DNA of 54,763 nucleotides from an uncultured Clostridium sp. (GTDB lineage: Bacteria > Bacillota > Clostridia > TANB77 > CAG-508). Both the position numbers and the translations under genes were made by a program. The stretch is from the NCBI GenBank assembly GCA_964618105.1, contig CAZUAJ010000004.1:1-54763 (forward strand), read 5' to 3'. The notes under the pieces were generated by a model that saw only the letters and a list, made by a program, of their open reading frames with translations, searched no databases and was not told the origin of the DNA. Position 1 is the stretch's first letter. Each line of letters opens with the position of its first letter. Of this stretch, positions 30,813-41,342 are shown in pieces.

Positions 30813-31178
30813 TTAAAATGTTTCATTAGTCATTTTAGCTATAATACTAACTATAGTTGATGTTGAAAGTAAAAGTAGTATTCCTATAATGTATGGTATC
30901 ATAGTTTTTTTGTATTCTGCTTTTTCTTCTACACTTCCTGTCATGTATTTTATGCCAATTATTAATAAAGCTATTACTGCAATTACTATTCCAACAGTAG
31001 TTATGCTTCCTAATATACTGTTTGCTTTAGTTACTATTTTATCACTTACAACCCCATTATCTCTCGGATCGTAACTATTAGGATCATCTATTGGTCCAGT
31101 TGCTATTACAAATGTTGGAACAAGCATTGTGAAAATTGTAAGTATTATTATAAATACTGATGCTTTTTTATTTTTCAT
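30813..31178 (-). CDS. TrbC/VirB2-like pilin
   Basis: GIKYMTGSVEEKAEYKKTMIPYIIG; start placed after AGGAG RBS. Confidence 0.72.
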   Translation of the reverse strand: MKNKKASVFIIILTIFTMLVPTFVIATGPIDDPNSYDPRDNGVVSDKIVTKANSILGSITTVGIVIAVIALLIIGIKYMTGSVEEKAEYKKTMIPYIIGILLLLSTSTIVSIIAKMTNETF

Positions 31179-31439
31179 CAATTTTCTCCTATAATTATTC
31201 ATTTTTCATATTATAACCGATTTTTTTTACTTTTTCAAGTACTAATATAGCATATCTTTTTTTATTTTTCTTTATTTTAATAAAAATGTAATATAAAAGT
31301 AATGTTTTTGTAATATTTATATATAACATTTCAGTACTAACGTGGTATATAAATATAAGCATTTTAAATTTTAAAAAACACATTTCAGCTATATTAATAA
31401 AGCCAAAACGTGTTTTTGTTTTATACTAAGTATAAAATA

Positions 31440-31622
31440 TTAATTTTTTACTAATTCTATTCTCACTGTATTTCTTTTGGATGTTCTAATTTCCATGCTA
31501 TAATATTTTGCTATTAGTTCATCAAGTTGTACACTTATTTGATAAATAATTGAATAATCTTCACCATTAATAATACTATAATTTAACTTTTCCCTTAATT
31601 TACAAATTTCATCATTTAACAT
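31440..31622 (-). CDS. Spo0E-like aspartyl-phosphate phosphatase
   Basis: Short helical protein with LREKLN and SVQLD (SxxLD) motifs; AGGAG RBS before ATG 31622. Confidence 0.7.
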   Translation of the reverse strand: MLNDEICKLREKLNYSIINGEDYSIIYQISVQLDELIAKYYSMEIRTSKRNTVRIELVKN

Positions 31623-31904
31623 AAAAATCACTCTCCTTTTTTCATATTTTTCTTTTGTATATTTAAAAAATACCATATTTTTACAAATTAGTCAACCATA
31701 TATTGCTTTATTTTGCTGTATTTTGGCTTTTTTCGTTCGACATCTTTCTACATTTTTTAATGTTATTCAACATTATTTTTTTAAATATGACTTTATTTAA
31801 AATTTTATTATAATACTCAACATTTTATTTTTTATTTTCGACATTTTAAAAAACAAAAAATACACTTTATTAGCTATATTTTTTAGCTATAAAGTGTATA
31901 AATA

Positions 31905-33179
31905 TTAATTTGGTTCAACAATAGATAGTACTTGATTATCATTTTTAAATATTTCATTTAATATATTTTGTGTGTATTCTTTTGTTACAGTTTCAAATTC
32001 TTCTATATAGTCAAATGTTTGCACATTTTTCATTGTGTCTGCTAAAAACATTCTTGCAATATCAGCTACGCTGTTATATTCCACAACATAATCCCCATAA
32101 AGTTTTCTTTTTGCCCTTTCAAATTCTTCAATATTTAGACCTTGTTGTTTTAGTTCTTGTATTTTTTGTGTTATCTTTTCTGCTACTTTTTTAGGTTCTT
32201 TTGATGTACCAGATATTAACAAATGTGCATATTGACTAGTGAATTCATAGTCTGTGTCTGGTTTAGCAGGTAATAATCCTTGTTCATATAGTTCTTTATA
32301 TAATTTTGAGCTTTTACCTATAATTATATTTAATAATATTTCAATCGCAATATGTTTTTTCACTGCCGTTTCTTTATTGTTGCTCTCATCTTTATATCCT
32401 ATCATAAACGCAGGAATACTCACTTCCATTTTTACTGTTTTTTCTGGTTTATTTATTTTTTCTTCTTTTTCTGTGTATATTCTTTTTATATCTGCCTGAT
32501 TTTCTTTTGGCACTAAATACCCTTTTATTTTTTCAAGTAATTTTTCTGGTTCAAAATCTCCACATACCACCATTACCATGTTTGATGGGTGATAAAATGT
32601 GTTATAGCATTTATATAATACATCTGGCGTTATTTTGCTTATTGATTCTACCGTTCCTGCAATATCTATTTTTATTGGATTTTGTTTATACATACAATCT
32701 AATGCATTCATATATAATTGCCAACCTGGATCATCATCATACATTTTTATTTCTTGTGCTATTATTCCTTTTTCTTTTTCTACATTTTCGTCTGTGAAGT
32801 ATGGGTGTTGTACATAGTCCATAAGTTCTGCCAAGCCTTCTTCAAAATTATTAGTACACTCAAATAAGTACGCTGTATGGTCATTCGTTGTATACGCATT
32901 TGCATCAAGTCCAAGTGCCATTAATGTGTCTAAACTATTTGTTCCATTTGGTTGTTCAAACATTTTGTGTTCTAAAAAGTGTGCCACACCATCTGGTATA
33001 TATACTTCTTCGTTTGTTTTAGGCATTATGAAGTGATTGTCTATTGAGCCAAAGTGTGTGCCCCATATTATATATTTCTTTTTTGTGTGTTGTTTTGGTA
33101 TTATAATTATTTTCAAGCCATTTTCTAGCTTTTCAATATATGCTTTTTCTTTTATTTTTGAGCTTTTTATGATTTTCAT
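31905..33179 (-). CDS. M16 zinc peptidase, YmfH-like
   Basis: GVAHFLEHKMF (HxxEH), NAYTT. Confidence 0.9.
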   Translation of the reverse strand: MKIIKSSKIKEKAYIEKLENGLKIIIIPKQHTKKKYIIWGTHFGSIDNHFIMPKTNEEVYIPDGVAHFLEHKMFEQPNGTNSLDTLMALGLDANAYTTNDHTAYLFECTNNFEEGLAELMDYVQHPYFTDENVEKEKGIIAQEIKMYDDDPGWQLYMNALDCMYKQNPIKIDIAGTVESISKITPDVLYKCYNTFYHPSNMVMVVCGDFEPEKLLEKIKGYLVPKENQADIKRIYTEKEEKINKPEKTVKMEVSIPAFMIGYKDESNNKETAVKKHIAIEILLNIIIGKSSKLYKELYEQGLLPAKPDTDYEFTSQYAHLLISGTSKEPKKVAEKITQKIQELKQQGLNIEEFERAKRKLYGDYVVEYNSVADIARMFLADTMKNVQTFDYIEEFETVTKEYTQNILNEIFKNDNQVLSIVEPN

Positions 33180-33274
33180 GTTCTATTTTTTCGTATAATT
33201 TTATACGAATTCGCTCCTTGTATAATATTTAGGTTTTTAAAAGGTTACCTATAAACCTTTTTTATATTTATAAA

Positions 33275-34549
33275 TTAATCTTTTAAAAAATAAATTGTAT
33301 TTGTTATTACAGTTTGAGCCAGTTCAACAATTTGCTCTTTTGTAACAGATTTTATTTTTTCTATATATTCTTGTAAATTTACAAATCTATTTGCAAGTTC
33401 TTGACCATAGTAATATGTTATTTCTGTGTCTTGTTCTTCAGATATTCCTTCAATTGAAGCTATAATAAGTTCTTTGCTATCGTTTATATCTTTTTCTGTA
33501 AAGTTACCATTTTTCATATCTTCTAATTGCTTTTCTATGTTTTCTAGAGCTTTTTTATAATTTTCTATTTCAATTCCTGCACGAATAAATATGCAATTTT
33601 TGTTTCTGTTGTAATTTGAACCCACCGTATATGCTAGGCTTGCTTTTTCACGAACATTTTGGAATAGTTTTGAATTAGCCCCTCCGCCTAATATTGCGTT
33701 ATACATAGATGCTATAAATCTGCTATTTTCTGCTATTTCATTTATATTTAGTCCTATTACTAATTTACCTTGCGTAATTTGCATGCTTTCATTTACTATT
33801 TTAGGCTCATTGTTTTCAATTTTTTCTGTTGTTTCATTGTTTACTATATATTCTGGTTTTCTTGATTTTAAATTTTGTATATTCACATTTTGTTCTATTG
33901 TGTTTATAACTTTTTGCTTGTCAATTGTTCCAGAATAGAATATGTCAATTTTACAATTTTGTATTAATTGTTTATAATATGCATATAGTTCTTCTGGTGT
34001 TATTTTTTCTAAGTCTTCAATATATCCAAATTTATATAAGCCATAAGGCTCATTTTTAAACATTTCTTCAATACATCTGTCATAAGCATATTTTGCTTTA
34101 TTGTCTATTTTGCTTTCTATAATTTGTTTTAGATTTTGTTTTTCGCCTTCAACATATTCCGGTTTGAATTTGTTATTTTCAATTAATGGATTAAATACTA
34201 TATCTGTTAAAATGTCCATTCCCTGTTTTAATATATCCTCTGGTGTTGGTAAAAATTCTTCGCTTAGTGTTTCTAAGTAAAATTTCATTATTTGATTATC
34301 ACCTATTTTTTCTACCCCACAGTCAAAGCTTGCACCATATAGCATTTCTAATTTTTGGCTTATTAAATCTTGTGATGGAATATTTTTTGTGCCTCTTCTT
34401 AGCACTGCTGTAAGTAGAGCATTAAGTGTTACATTTTCTCTTTTTAATGGTGTTGCTAAAAATATAGCATTTAGATTTGTTTTATAGTTTTCGGTATAAA
34501 TTTGATGTAGTGTTATACCTTGTTTTATTTCTTGTTTTTGGTAATTCAT
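33275..34549 (-). CDS. M16 peptidase non-catalytic partner, YmfF-like
   Basis: No HxxEH; SKLFQNVREKASLAY motif; paired with the YmfH-like gene. Confidence 0.85.
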   Translation of the reverse strand: MNYQKQEIKQGITLHQIYTENYKTNLNAIFLATPLKRENVTLNALLTAVLRRGTKNIPSQDLISQKLEMLYGASFDCGVEKIGDNQIMKFYLETLSEEFLPTPEDILKQGMDILTDIVFNPLIENNKFKPEYVEGEKQNLKQIIESKIDNKAKYAYDRCIEEMFKNEPYGLYKFGYIEDLEKITPEELYAYYKQLIQNCKIDIFYSGTIDKQKVINTIEQNVNIQNLKSRKPEYIVNNETTEKIENNEPKIVNESMQITQGKLVIGLNINEIAENSRFIASMYNAILGGGANSKLFQNVREKASLAYTVGSNYNRNKNCIFIRAGIEIENYKKALENIEKQLEDMKNGNFTEKDINDSKELIIASIEGISEEQDTEITYYYGQELANRFVNLQEYIEKIKSVTKEQIVELAQTVITNTIYFLKD

Positions 34550-34860
34550 TGGCTTGCTCCTTTTTATGTTTTATTGGCATTTTTTGATTGCCTAATTTTG
34601 CTTAATTATTCATACATATTATAAGCTAATTTATATAAATTATTCAAGTGATTTTTTTAAAAAATAACATCAAAAAAAGAAACCTTAGTAAGGTTTCTTT
34701 TTGGATTTGTCTACTTATTCGACAATTTGAATAGAATTGGATTTGTTTTCAATAAAGTTGATTACTGCTTTGTTAATTTTGTGTTCTATATGCTAATTTT
34801 TAACATAAAATAAGCAAATAGTACGAGCTAAGCGAAAATCTCACATAACTCGTACTATTT

Positions 34861-35114
34861 TTAAATGGTTCTTCCTGTAAGACCAAATTCGTCTTGATTA
34901 TATATTCGTGTAATTTTTCTTAATAATGCTCCATTTTTCATAGTATATTTACATCTGTTTGTAAGGTTTCGTTGTTTTGAGTTGGATTGTTTGTGTCGTT
35001 ATTTTTACTGTTTATTTCTTTATAAATTAATATTGTTGTAACAACGGTTAATGCTAATATTAATGTAAGTATTAATACAATTACTCCTGTACTTAATTTT
35101 CTTTTTTCTTCTAT
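34861..35114 (-). pseudogene. Internally deleted paralog of the 35158-35988 gene
   Basis: About 34948-35147 resembles 35822-36020, with ATG changed to ATA and the RBS mutated; joined out of frame to KYTMKNG...DEFGLTGRTI*, which resembles the paralog's C-terminus. Confidence 0.75.
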
Positions 35115-35157
35115 ATGTTTTTCTGCTTTTATCTTTTGATTTTTATAATATTAAAAA

Positions 35158-35988
35158 TTATGATTTTCCAGCAATTTCAAATTCATCACTAGTATATGTT
35201 TTGACAATTTTTTCTACCATTTTACCATTTTCAATTGTATATTCAATTTTTTTCATAACAGTTTCATATTCTGTATTTTCAGAATGTTCAACTGATTTAT
35301 ATTTATATATTTCAATTTTATCTGAGAATTCATTTGGGTAAAATCTATTACCAGTATATTCTTTGTCATTTTTATCAATTATCCATGAACAATCTACATA
35401 ATTAACTATATTTCCTATTTCATTTGCGTTTTCGTCATATATATAATAGTATATTGTTTTTGTTCCGAATTCTCCAAATGTTTCAATCTTTAATACTATA
35501 TATTCTTTTTCATTTTTTACATCTGTAATAGTAAATATATCCATATTTCTAGATTGTAACCCTTCTGTTGTAAGTACAATTTCTGTTTCATTTATTTTTA
35601 TATTATAGTTATATTTGTATCTATATAAAGTTATAACTGGATCTGATTCTGTAGTTATAGTTTTTATTTTTTCATCGCAGTTTACTGATATTGTGCATTC
35701 TTTTTCGTTTAGTTTTATTGTTTCATCAATCTTAAATTTCATATTTTCCAAATTAGTATTTTTTTCATTTTCTTCTTTGTTTTCGTTTTGATTTAATTGT
35801 TCTGAATTATCAATGTTGTTTTTTACATCTGTTTGTAAGGTTTCGTTGTTTTGAGTTGGATTGTTTTTGTCGTTATTTCTACTGTTTATTTCTTTATAAA
35901 TTAATATTGTTGTGACACTTGTTAGCGCTACTATTAATATAAGCATTAATATAATTACTCCTGTACTTAATTTTCTTTTTTCTTCCAT
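35158..35988 (-). CDS. Membrane-anchored hypothetical protein
   Basis: 276 aa, N-terminal TM, Asn-rich linker, AAGGAG RBS. Confidence 0.65.
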   Translation of the reverse strand: MEEKRKLSTGVIILMLILIVALTSVTTILIYKEINSRNNDKNNPTQNNETLQTDVKNNIDNSEQLNQNENKEENEKNTNLENMKFKIDETIKLNEKECTISVNCDEKIKTITTESDPVITLYRYKYNYNIKINETEIVLTTEGLQSRNMDIFTITDVKNEKEYIVLKIETFGEFGTKTIYYYIYDENANEIGNIVNYVDCSWIIDKNDKEYTGNRFYPNEFSDKIEIYKYKSVEHSENTEYETVMKKIEYTIENGKMVEKIVKTYTSDEFEIAGKS

Positions 35989-36016
35989 ATGTTTTTCTCC
36001 TTTTATCTTTTAATTT

Positions 36017-36457
36017 TTATTGTAGTATTTTTTTTGCTACTTCATTTATTGTTTTTCCGTCTGCTGCTGCTCCTAATTTTTCTTTTGCAGTTTTCATTAC
36101 TAGTCCCATTTCTTTAATAGTTGTAGCTCCTAATTCTGCAATTATTTCTTTTACTTTTTCTTCTATTTCTTCTGTTGATAGCTGTTTTGGTAAATATTCT
36201 TGTAATATTGCTATTTCTTCGTTTATTTGGTCTAATAAATCTTGTCTACCACTTTTTTCATAGTCTGCAATTGAGTCTTTTCTTTTTTTAGTTTCTTTTG
36301 CAATTATTTCAACTATTTGATTATCTTCTAATTGTATTTGTTTGTCTTTTTCTACTTGTAATATGGCTGCTCTGACCATTTGTATTACATTTTTTCTAAT
36401 TACATTTTTCTCTTTCATTGAGTTTTTCATGTCTTCTAATAATTTTTCTTTTAACAT
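36017..36457 (-). CDS. yqeY: GatB/YqeY domain protein
   Basis: KRKDSIADYEKSGRQDL, YLPKQLS, MGLVMK; follows rpsU. Confidence 0.9.
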   Translation of the reverse strand: MLKEKLLEDMKNSMKEKNVIRKNVIQMVRAAILQVEKDKQIQLEDNQIVEIIAKETKKRKDSIADYEKSGRQDLLDQINEEIAILQEYLPKQLSTEEIEEKVKEIIAELGATTIKEMGLVMKTAKEKLGAAADGKTINEVAKKILQ

Positions 36458-36526
36458 AACTTTTCTCCTTTAAATTTACAAAAAAGGACTGAAAATTGTT
36501 ATAATCTTCAACCCCATTTTTACTTC

Positions 36527-36697
36527 CTAAAATTTTCTTTTTCTAGCTGCCTCTGATTTTTTCTTTCTTTTTACGCTTGGTTTTTCATAATGTTCTCTTT
36601 TTCTTACTTCTTGTAATACTCCATTTCTAGCGCATTGTCTTTTAAACCTTTTTAAGGCATCTTCTATATTTCCATTATTAACTTTAACCTCTGACAT
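36527..36697 (-). CDS. rpsU: 30S ribosomal protein S21 (absent from the ORF track)
   Basis: Manual translation [56 protein letters not shown]; GGGAGGGG RBS. Confidence 0.95.
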   Translation of the reverse strand: MSEVKVNNGNIEDALKRFKRQCARNGVLQEVRKREHYEKPSVKRKKKSEAARKRKF

Positions 36698-36829
36698 TTT
36701 TTCCCCTCCCTTCAGTAATTACACTCTTACGTGTGGGATTTAACTGAAAATTATTAATTTCACGTTAATTATTATAACTGTATTGGGTAAATTTGTCAAT
36801 ATTTATATGAAATTTTCTAGAAAATTACG

Positions 36830-37339
36830 TTAATCTTTATTTTTCCATATTGTTATTTCATTGTTTTGTAAACTCTTTTGTACATCTATTACTCTTTGGT
36901 TTGATGAACCTCTCCATTCTAAGGTTGGATTATGTAGTGCATCTACATATTGTCCATCCACTAAAACGTCTAGGTATTTTGCTATTTCTTTATCTTTTAT
37001 GTATTCGTCAAATTTAAATCCTGACCACGCCCATAGATTTTTATTTGGAAATTTTTCTTTAAATGTTTTTGCAAGTTTTGTTGTTCCTTCTATATTGTTT
37101 GGATGCATCGGCTCTCCACCTAATATTGATAGCCCTTCTATATTTTCATTTTTACAAAGTTCCATTACTCTGTCAATTGTTTCGTCTGTGAATTCTTTTC
37201 CACCATTAAAATCATGTGTTTCTGGGTTGAAACAATTTTCACAATTAAATGCACATCCTTGCATAAATATTGATACCCTAACTCCTGGTCCGTCTGCTAT
37301 ATCCATTTTTCTAATTTTGTTATATTTCATATCAGTCAT
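36830..37339 (-). CDS. nrdG: Anaerobic ribonucleotide reductase activase
   Basis: DGPGVRVS, CxxxCxxC, GGEP, RGSSNQR. Confidence 0.92.
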   Translation of the reverse strand: MTDMKYNKIRKMDIADGPGVRVSIFMQGCAFNCENCFNPETHDFNGGKEFTDETIDRVMELCKNENIEGLSILGGEPMHPNNIEGTTKLAKTFKEKFPNKNLWAWSGFKFDEYIKDKEIAKYLDVLVDGQYVDALHNPTLEWRGSSNQRVIDVQKSLQNNEITIWKNKD

Positions 37340-37350
37340 TCCTTTCCTGT

Positions 37351-39510
37351 TTATTCATCGTCCTTATTATCTATATGTAATACTCTTTCTTTTATTTCTT
37401 GTGTTCTTCCTTTGTTCCAGAATTGACTTCCAATATATCCACATGTTCTTCTTGCTACATTTAATGTATTATGATCTCTATTACCACAATTTGGGCAGTA
37501 CCATTCTAAGTTTTCATCAATTAAAATTTCTCCATCAAAACCACATTTTTGGCAGTAGTCTGATTTTGTATTTAGTTCTGCGTACATTATATTGTCATAA
37601 ATAAAGTTAATTATTTGTAACACAACTTCTATGTTATTTTGTAAATTTGGTGTTTCTACATAAGATATAGCTCCACCTGGACTTAGTTTTTGGAATTTGC
37701 TTTCTAATTTTAATTTAGAAAATGCATCAATATCTTCAAATACAGGTACATGATATGAATTTGTAATATATCCTCTGTCTGTAATTCCTTCAACTGTTCC
37801 AAATCTTCTTTTTAAGCATTTTGCAAATTTATATGTTGTAGATTCTATTGGTGTTCCATAAACACTATAGTCTATTTTTTCTGCTTCTTTCCATTCTTTG
37901 CATTTATCATTTAATTTTTGCATTACTTTTGTTGCAAATTCTTCCCCTTTTCCACTATCTGTATGGCTATTTCCTGTCATGTATTTTACACATTCATATA
38001 ATCCTGCATAACCAAGTGAAATTGTTGAATATCCATCATGTAATAATTTATGTATGCTTTCACCTTTTTTTAGTCTAGCTAATGCTCCATGTTGCCATAA
38101 TATTGGAGCAACATCACTTGTTACTTTGCTTAGTCTTTCATGTCTAATTTGTAATGCTTTATGGCATAGTTCTAGTCTTTCTTCAAATATTTTCCAGAAT
38201 TTTTCTTCATCTTGTTTTGATGATAATGCAACATCAACTAAGTTTATTGTTACAACTCCTTGATTAAATCTTCCATAGTATTTTGGTTTATTGGTTTCTG
38301 GGTCTACATAAGGTGTTAAAAATGATCTGCATCCCATACATGGATAACAATTTCCATTTCCATTTTTGTCTATTTTATATTCTTTCATTTTCTTTTCAGA
38401 AATATAATCTGGTACTAATCTTTTAGAAGTACATTTAGCTGCAAGTTCTGTTAAATACCAGTATTTACTGTTTTTATGAATATTGTCTTCTTCTAATACA
38501 TAAAGTAATTTTGGAAATGCTGGTGTAACATATACACCTTTTTCGTTCTTAAAGCCTTCTATTCTTTGTTTTAAAAATTCTTCTATTATCATTGCTAATT
38601 CTTTTTTGTATTCTTCTGTTTCACCTAAATACATACAAACTGATAAAAATGGTGCTTGTCCATTTGTGTTTGTCATTGAATTTACTTGATAATTAAAAGT
38701 TTGTACACCATCTGATACTTCTTTTTTAGTATCTTGTTCAGCAAATTCTTTGCATTGTGTTTCATTTAGTCCCCTTTGCTTATATTTACTATAGTATTTA
38801 TCATAGCTACTCCTTACAAATGGAGCTAAATGGGTTATTGATACAGTTGCCCCACCATAAGTAGAAGATGTAACTCCTAATATTATTTGTGTTGCAATTG
38901 TCATTGCTGTTATAAATCTATGTGGTTTTTCTATCATAACGCCGTTCATAATTGTTCCATTTTGTAGCATATCTTCTAAGTTAATTAATTCACAGTTTGT
39001 TAACGCATTTTGCGCAAAATAGTCTGCATCATGGAAATGAATAATTCCTTCGTCATGTGCTTTTACTACATCTTCTGGTAGCAAAAATCTTCTAGTTATA
39101 TCAGTACTGGTAATTCCTGCCAAATAATCTCTTTGAGTTGTTACAACCTGAGCATTTTTATTTGAATTTTCGTTATTCCAGTATTCGCTTTCGCCATCAA
39201 TCAATTCTTTAATTGATTGATCTGTTGTGTTTGCTTTTCTTACTAATTCTCTAGTATAACGATAGGTAATATATTTTTTAGCTAACAAATATTTTCCAAA
39301 ACTCATTAATTGTTCTTCTATAATGTCTTGAATGTCTTCTACCAAAATTCTTTTTTTGTCAATTTCTTCTACATAATCTATTATTTGATTAATTTCTTCT
39401 TTTGTCGCTCTTTCTTTTGGTTTTACTTCTTTGTTAGCTTTTTCTATTGCTATTTTGATTTTTGATTGATCAAAGTCTACTACTTTTCCATCTCTTTTTA
39501 CTACTTGCAT
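37351..39510 (-). CDS. nrdD: Class III anaerobic ribonucleoside-triphosphate reductase
   Basis: ATP cone (VVKRDG), MGCRSF, zinc CxxC pairs, glycyl-radical RTCGY. Confidence 0.93.
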   Translation of the reverse strand: MQVVKRDGKVVDFDQSKIKIAIEKANKEVKPKERATKEEINQIIDYVEEIDKKRILVEDIQDIIEEQLMSFGKYLLAKKYITYRYTRELVRKANTTDQSIKELIDGESEYWNNENSNKNAQVVTTQRDYLAGITSTDITRRFLLPEDVVKAHDEGIIHFHDADYFAQNALTNCELINLEDMLQNGTIMNGVMIEKPHRFITAMTIATQIILGVTSSTYGGATVSITHLAPFVRSSYDKYYSKYKQRGLNETQCKEFAEQDTKKEVSDGVQTFNYQVNSMTNTNGQAPFLSVCMYLGETEEYKKELAMIIEEFLKQRIEGFKNEKGVYVTPAFPKLLYVLEEDNIHKNSKYWYLTELAAKCTSKRLVPDYISEKKMKEYKIDKNGNGNCYPCMGCRSFLTPYVDPETNKPKYYGRFNQGVVTINLVDVALSSKQDEEKFWKIFEERLELCHKALQIRHERLSKVTSDVAPILWQHGALARLKKGESIHKLLHDGYSTISLGYAGLYECVKYMTGNSHTDSGKGEEFATKVMQKLNDKCKEWKEAEKIDYSVYGTPIESTTYKFAKCLKRRFGTVEGITDRGYITNSYHVPVFEDIDAFSKLKLESKFQKLSPGGAISYVETPNLQNNIEVVLQIINFIYDNIMYAELNTKSDYCQKCGFDGEILIDENLEWYCPNCGNRDHNTLNVARRTCGYIGSQFWNKGRTQEIKERVLHIDNKDDE

Positions 39511-40198
39511 TTCTGTTCCCCCTATTTTTATGTCTTTTTTACCAAAAACCTTTTTATTGTTTTAGTTTTTTCTTTTGTAACTCTATATTACCCTATGAAA
39601 TCAATAATGTCAAACGCATATAGTTTATGTAACCATGCCTGTTTTTTATTGATTTATAAGTGTTTTTCTTTTGTTGTCTTTTAGTTTTATTGTTGCTTTT
39701 CAGTCAATTTTAGGTTTGTATATTATCAATTATTAGGTTTTTTTATTTTTATTTTTAAAATATTACAATTGTGTTACATTTATTTGAAATTTGCTTATTT
39801 TTAACCTTTTTTATTGTTTTATCTTTTGTATCTTAGTTGTTCTCAAAGCAAAATTCAATTCATAGTTTGAATTTTTTTACATTTTTATTTTTCATTAAAA
39901 TTAATCTTTTTTTAAAAATGATTTTTTTGTTTTATTGTATTTTTTTACATTTTTATGTATTTTCATTTTTACAATTTTCTACTTTTTTTAGCATCTTCTT
40001 CATTTTTTGCTATTTATTTTTTCTTTCAAAAATGTTGTTATTTTTAAAAATGATTTTTTAAAAAATAATTATTTTAAGATTATTTTTTTATTTTTTAAAA
40101 ATTTTCAACTTAATTAGCTTAACAAATTTTGTGTTTGTCTTTTTGTTGTATGTAAAAATGCTTTTAAAAATTAATATATTTTTAAAAGCATTAATTTT

Positions 40199-41218
40199 TT
40201 ATTTTCCTAATTTTTGTATTGCTTTTTCTGCAAAACTATTATTTACTACTTTTGTATAATCTGCTTCTTTTTCAAGTTCGCCCGCTTCTTTCATAACCTC
40301 TTGAAGTAAATTAAATGATTCTTGTTTTAGTACTGGTGTATCTTTCCATGCATCAATATCTATATAGCTTTGTACAGCTGTTTCTAGCATAGTTAAATCT
40401 GTATCTGGAAAGAATGTTACTATTGCATCCGCTATTTCTTTTGCTGTGTGATTTTTTACCCATTGTTCGCCTTTGTATATAGCATTTGTGAAGCCTTGAA
40501 TTACATTTGCATTTTTTTCAATATAACTTTTTTTAGCAAAATATGCTGTATATGGTATTTCGCCTGATGCTTCTCCAACTGATGCAACAATGTAGCCTTT
40601 TCCTGCTTTTTCTGTTGCTGATGCTGTTGGTTCAAATAATGTTACATATTCTGCATTTCCACCCGCAAACGCTCCTGCCATTAGGTCGAATTTAATACTG
40701 TCGTCTAATACTAAATCTTTTTGTGGATCTATTCCATTTTTCTTTAATACATATTCAAATGTCATATATGGAACTCCACCTTTTCTACCTGGAATTACAG
40801 TTTTTCCTTTTAAATCTTGCCAACTGAAGTTATTTGTTGGTTCTTTACTTACTAAAAATGAGCCATCTTTTTGTGTCATTTGTGCAAATACTTGTGTATA
40901 GTCTTCTTTTCCTTCGTTATATACATATATTGAAGCTTCTGGTCCTGCAAAACCTATATCACTTTGATTTGCTAAAACGGCGGTCATTACTTTGTCTGCG
41001 CCTTGCCCTGTTGTTAGTTCTATTTCTAAGCCTTCTTCTGCAAAAAATCCTTGTGAGATTGCCACATATTGTGGCGCATAAAATACAGAACGTGTTACTT
41101 CATTTACACTAATTTTTTGTAAGCCAACAGTTTCTGTATCTTGTTTAAGTATTATATAGCTAGCTATTCCAACTGCTACTATTACAATTGCAAGTATAAT
41201 AATTAAATACTTTTTCAA
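40199..41218 (-). CDS. NitT/TauT-family ABC transporter substrate-binding protein
   Basis: NMT1/THI5-like: RSVFYAPQY, GFAGPE, GRKGGVP; TTG start. Confidence 0.85.
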   Translation of the reverse strand: MKKYLIIILAIVIVAVGIASYIILKQDTETVGLQKISVNEVTRSVFYAPQYVAISQGFFAEEGLEIELTTGQGADKVMTAVLANQSDIGFAGPEASIYVYNEGKEDYTQVFAQMTQKDGSFLVSKEPTNNFSWQDLKGKTVIPGRKGGVPYMTFEYVLKKNGIDPQKDLVLDDSIKFDLMAGAFAGGNAEYVTLFEPTASATEKAGKGYIVASVGEASGEIPYTAYFAKKSYIEKNANVIQGFTNAIYKGEQWVKNHTAKEIADAIVTFFPDTDLTMLETAVQSYIDIDAWKDTPVLKQESFNLLQEVMKEAGELEKEADYTKVVNNSFAEKAIQKLGK

Positions 41219-41342
41219 GTTTTTTCAGTCCTTTCTAATCTATTCATGCCAAAGGAGATTTAAAAGTATTTTGGCATGTTATTTATTTTTTCTAATTACT
41301 TATAACACTTTTTCTCCTATAAGTAATATTTTTATCTGATAT

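Noticed and set aside
15525-31440. ICE integrated at the tRNA genes
   Set aside because: No integrase and no duplicated tRNA 3' end seen; a housekeeping carboxypeptidase separates the tRNAs from the cluster.
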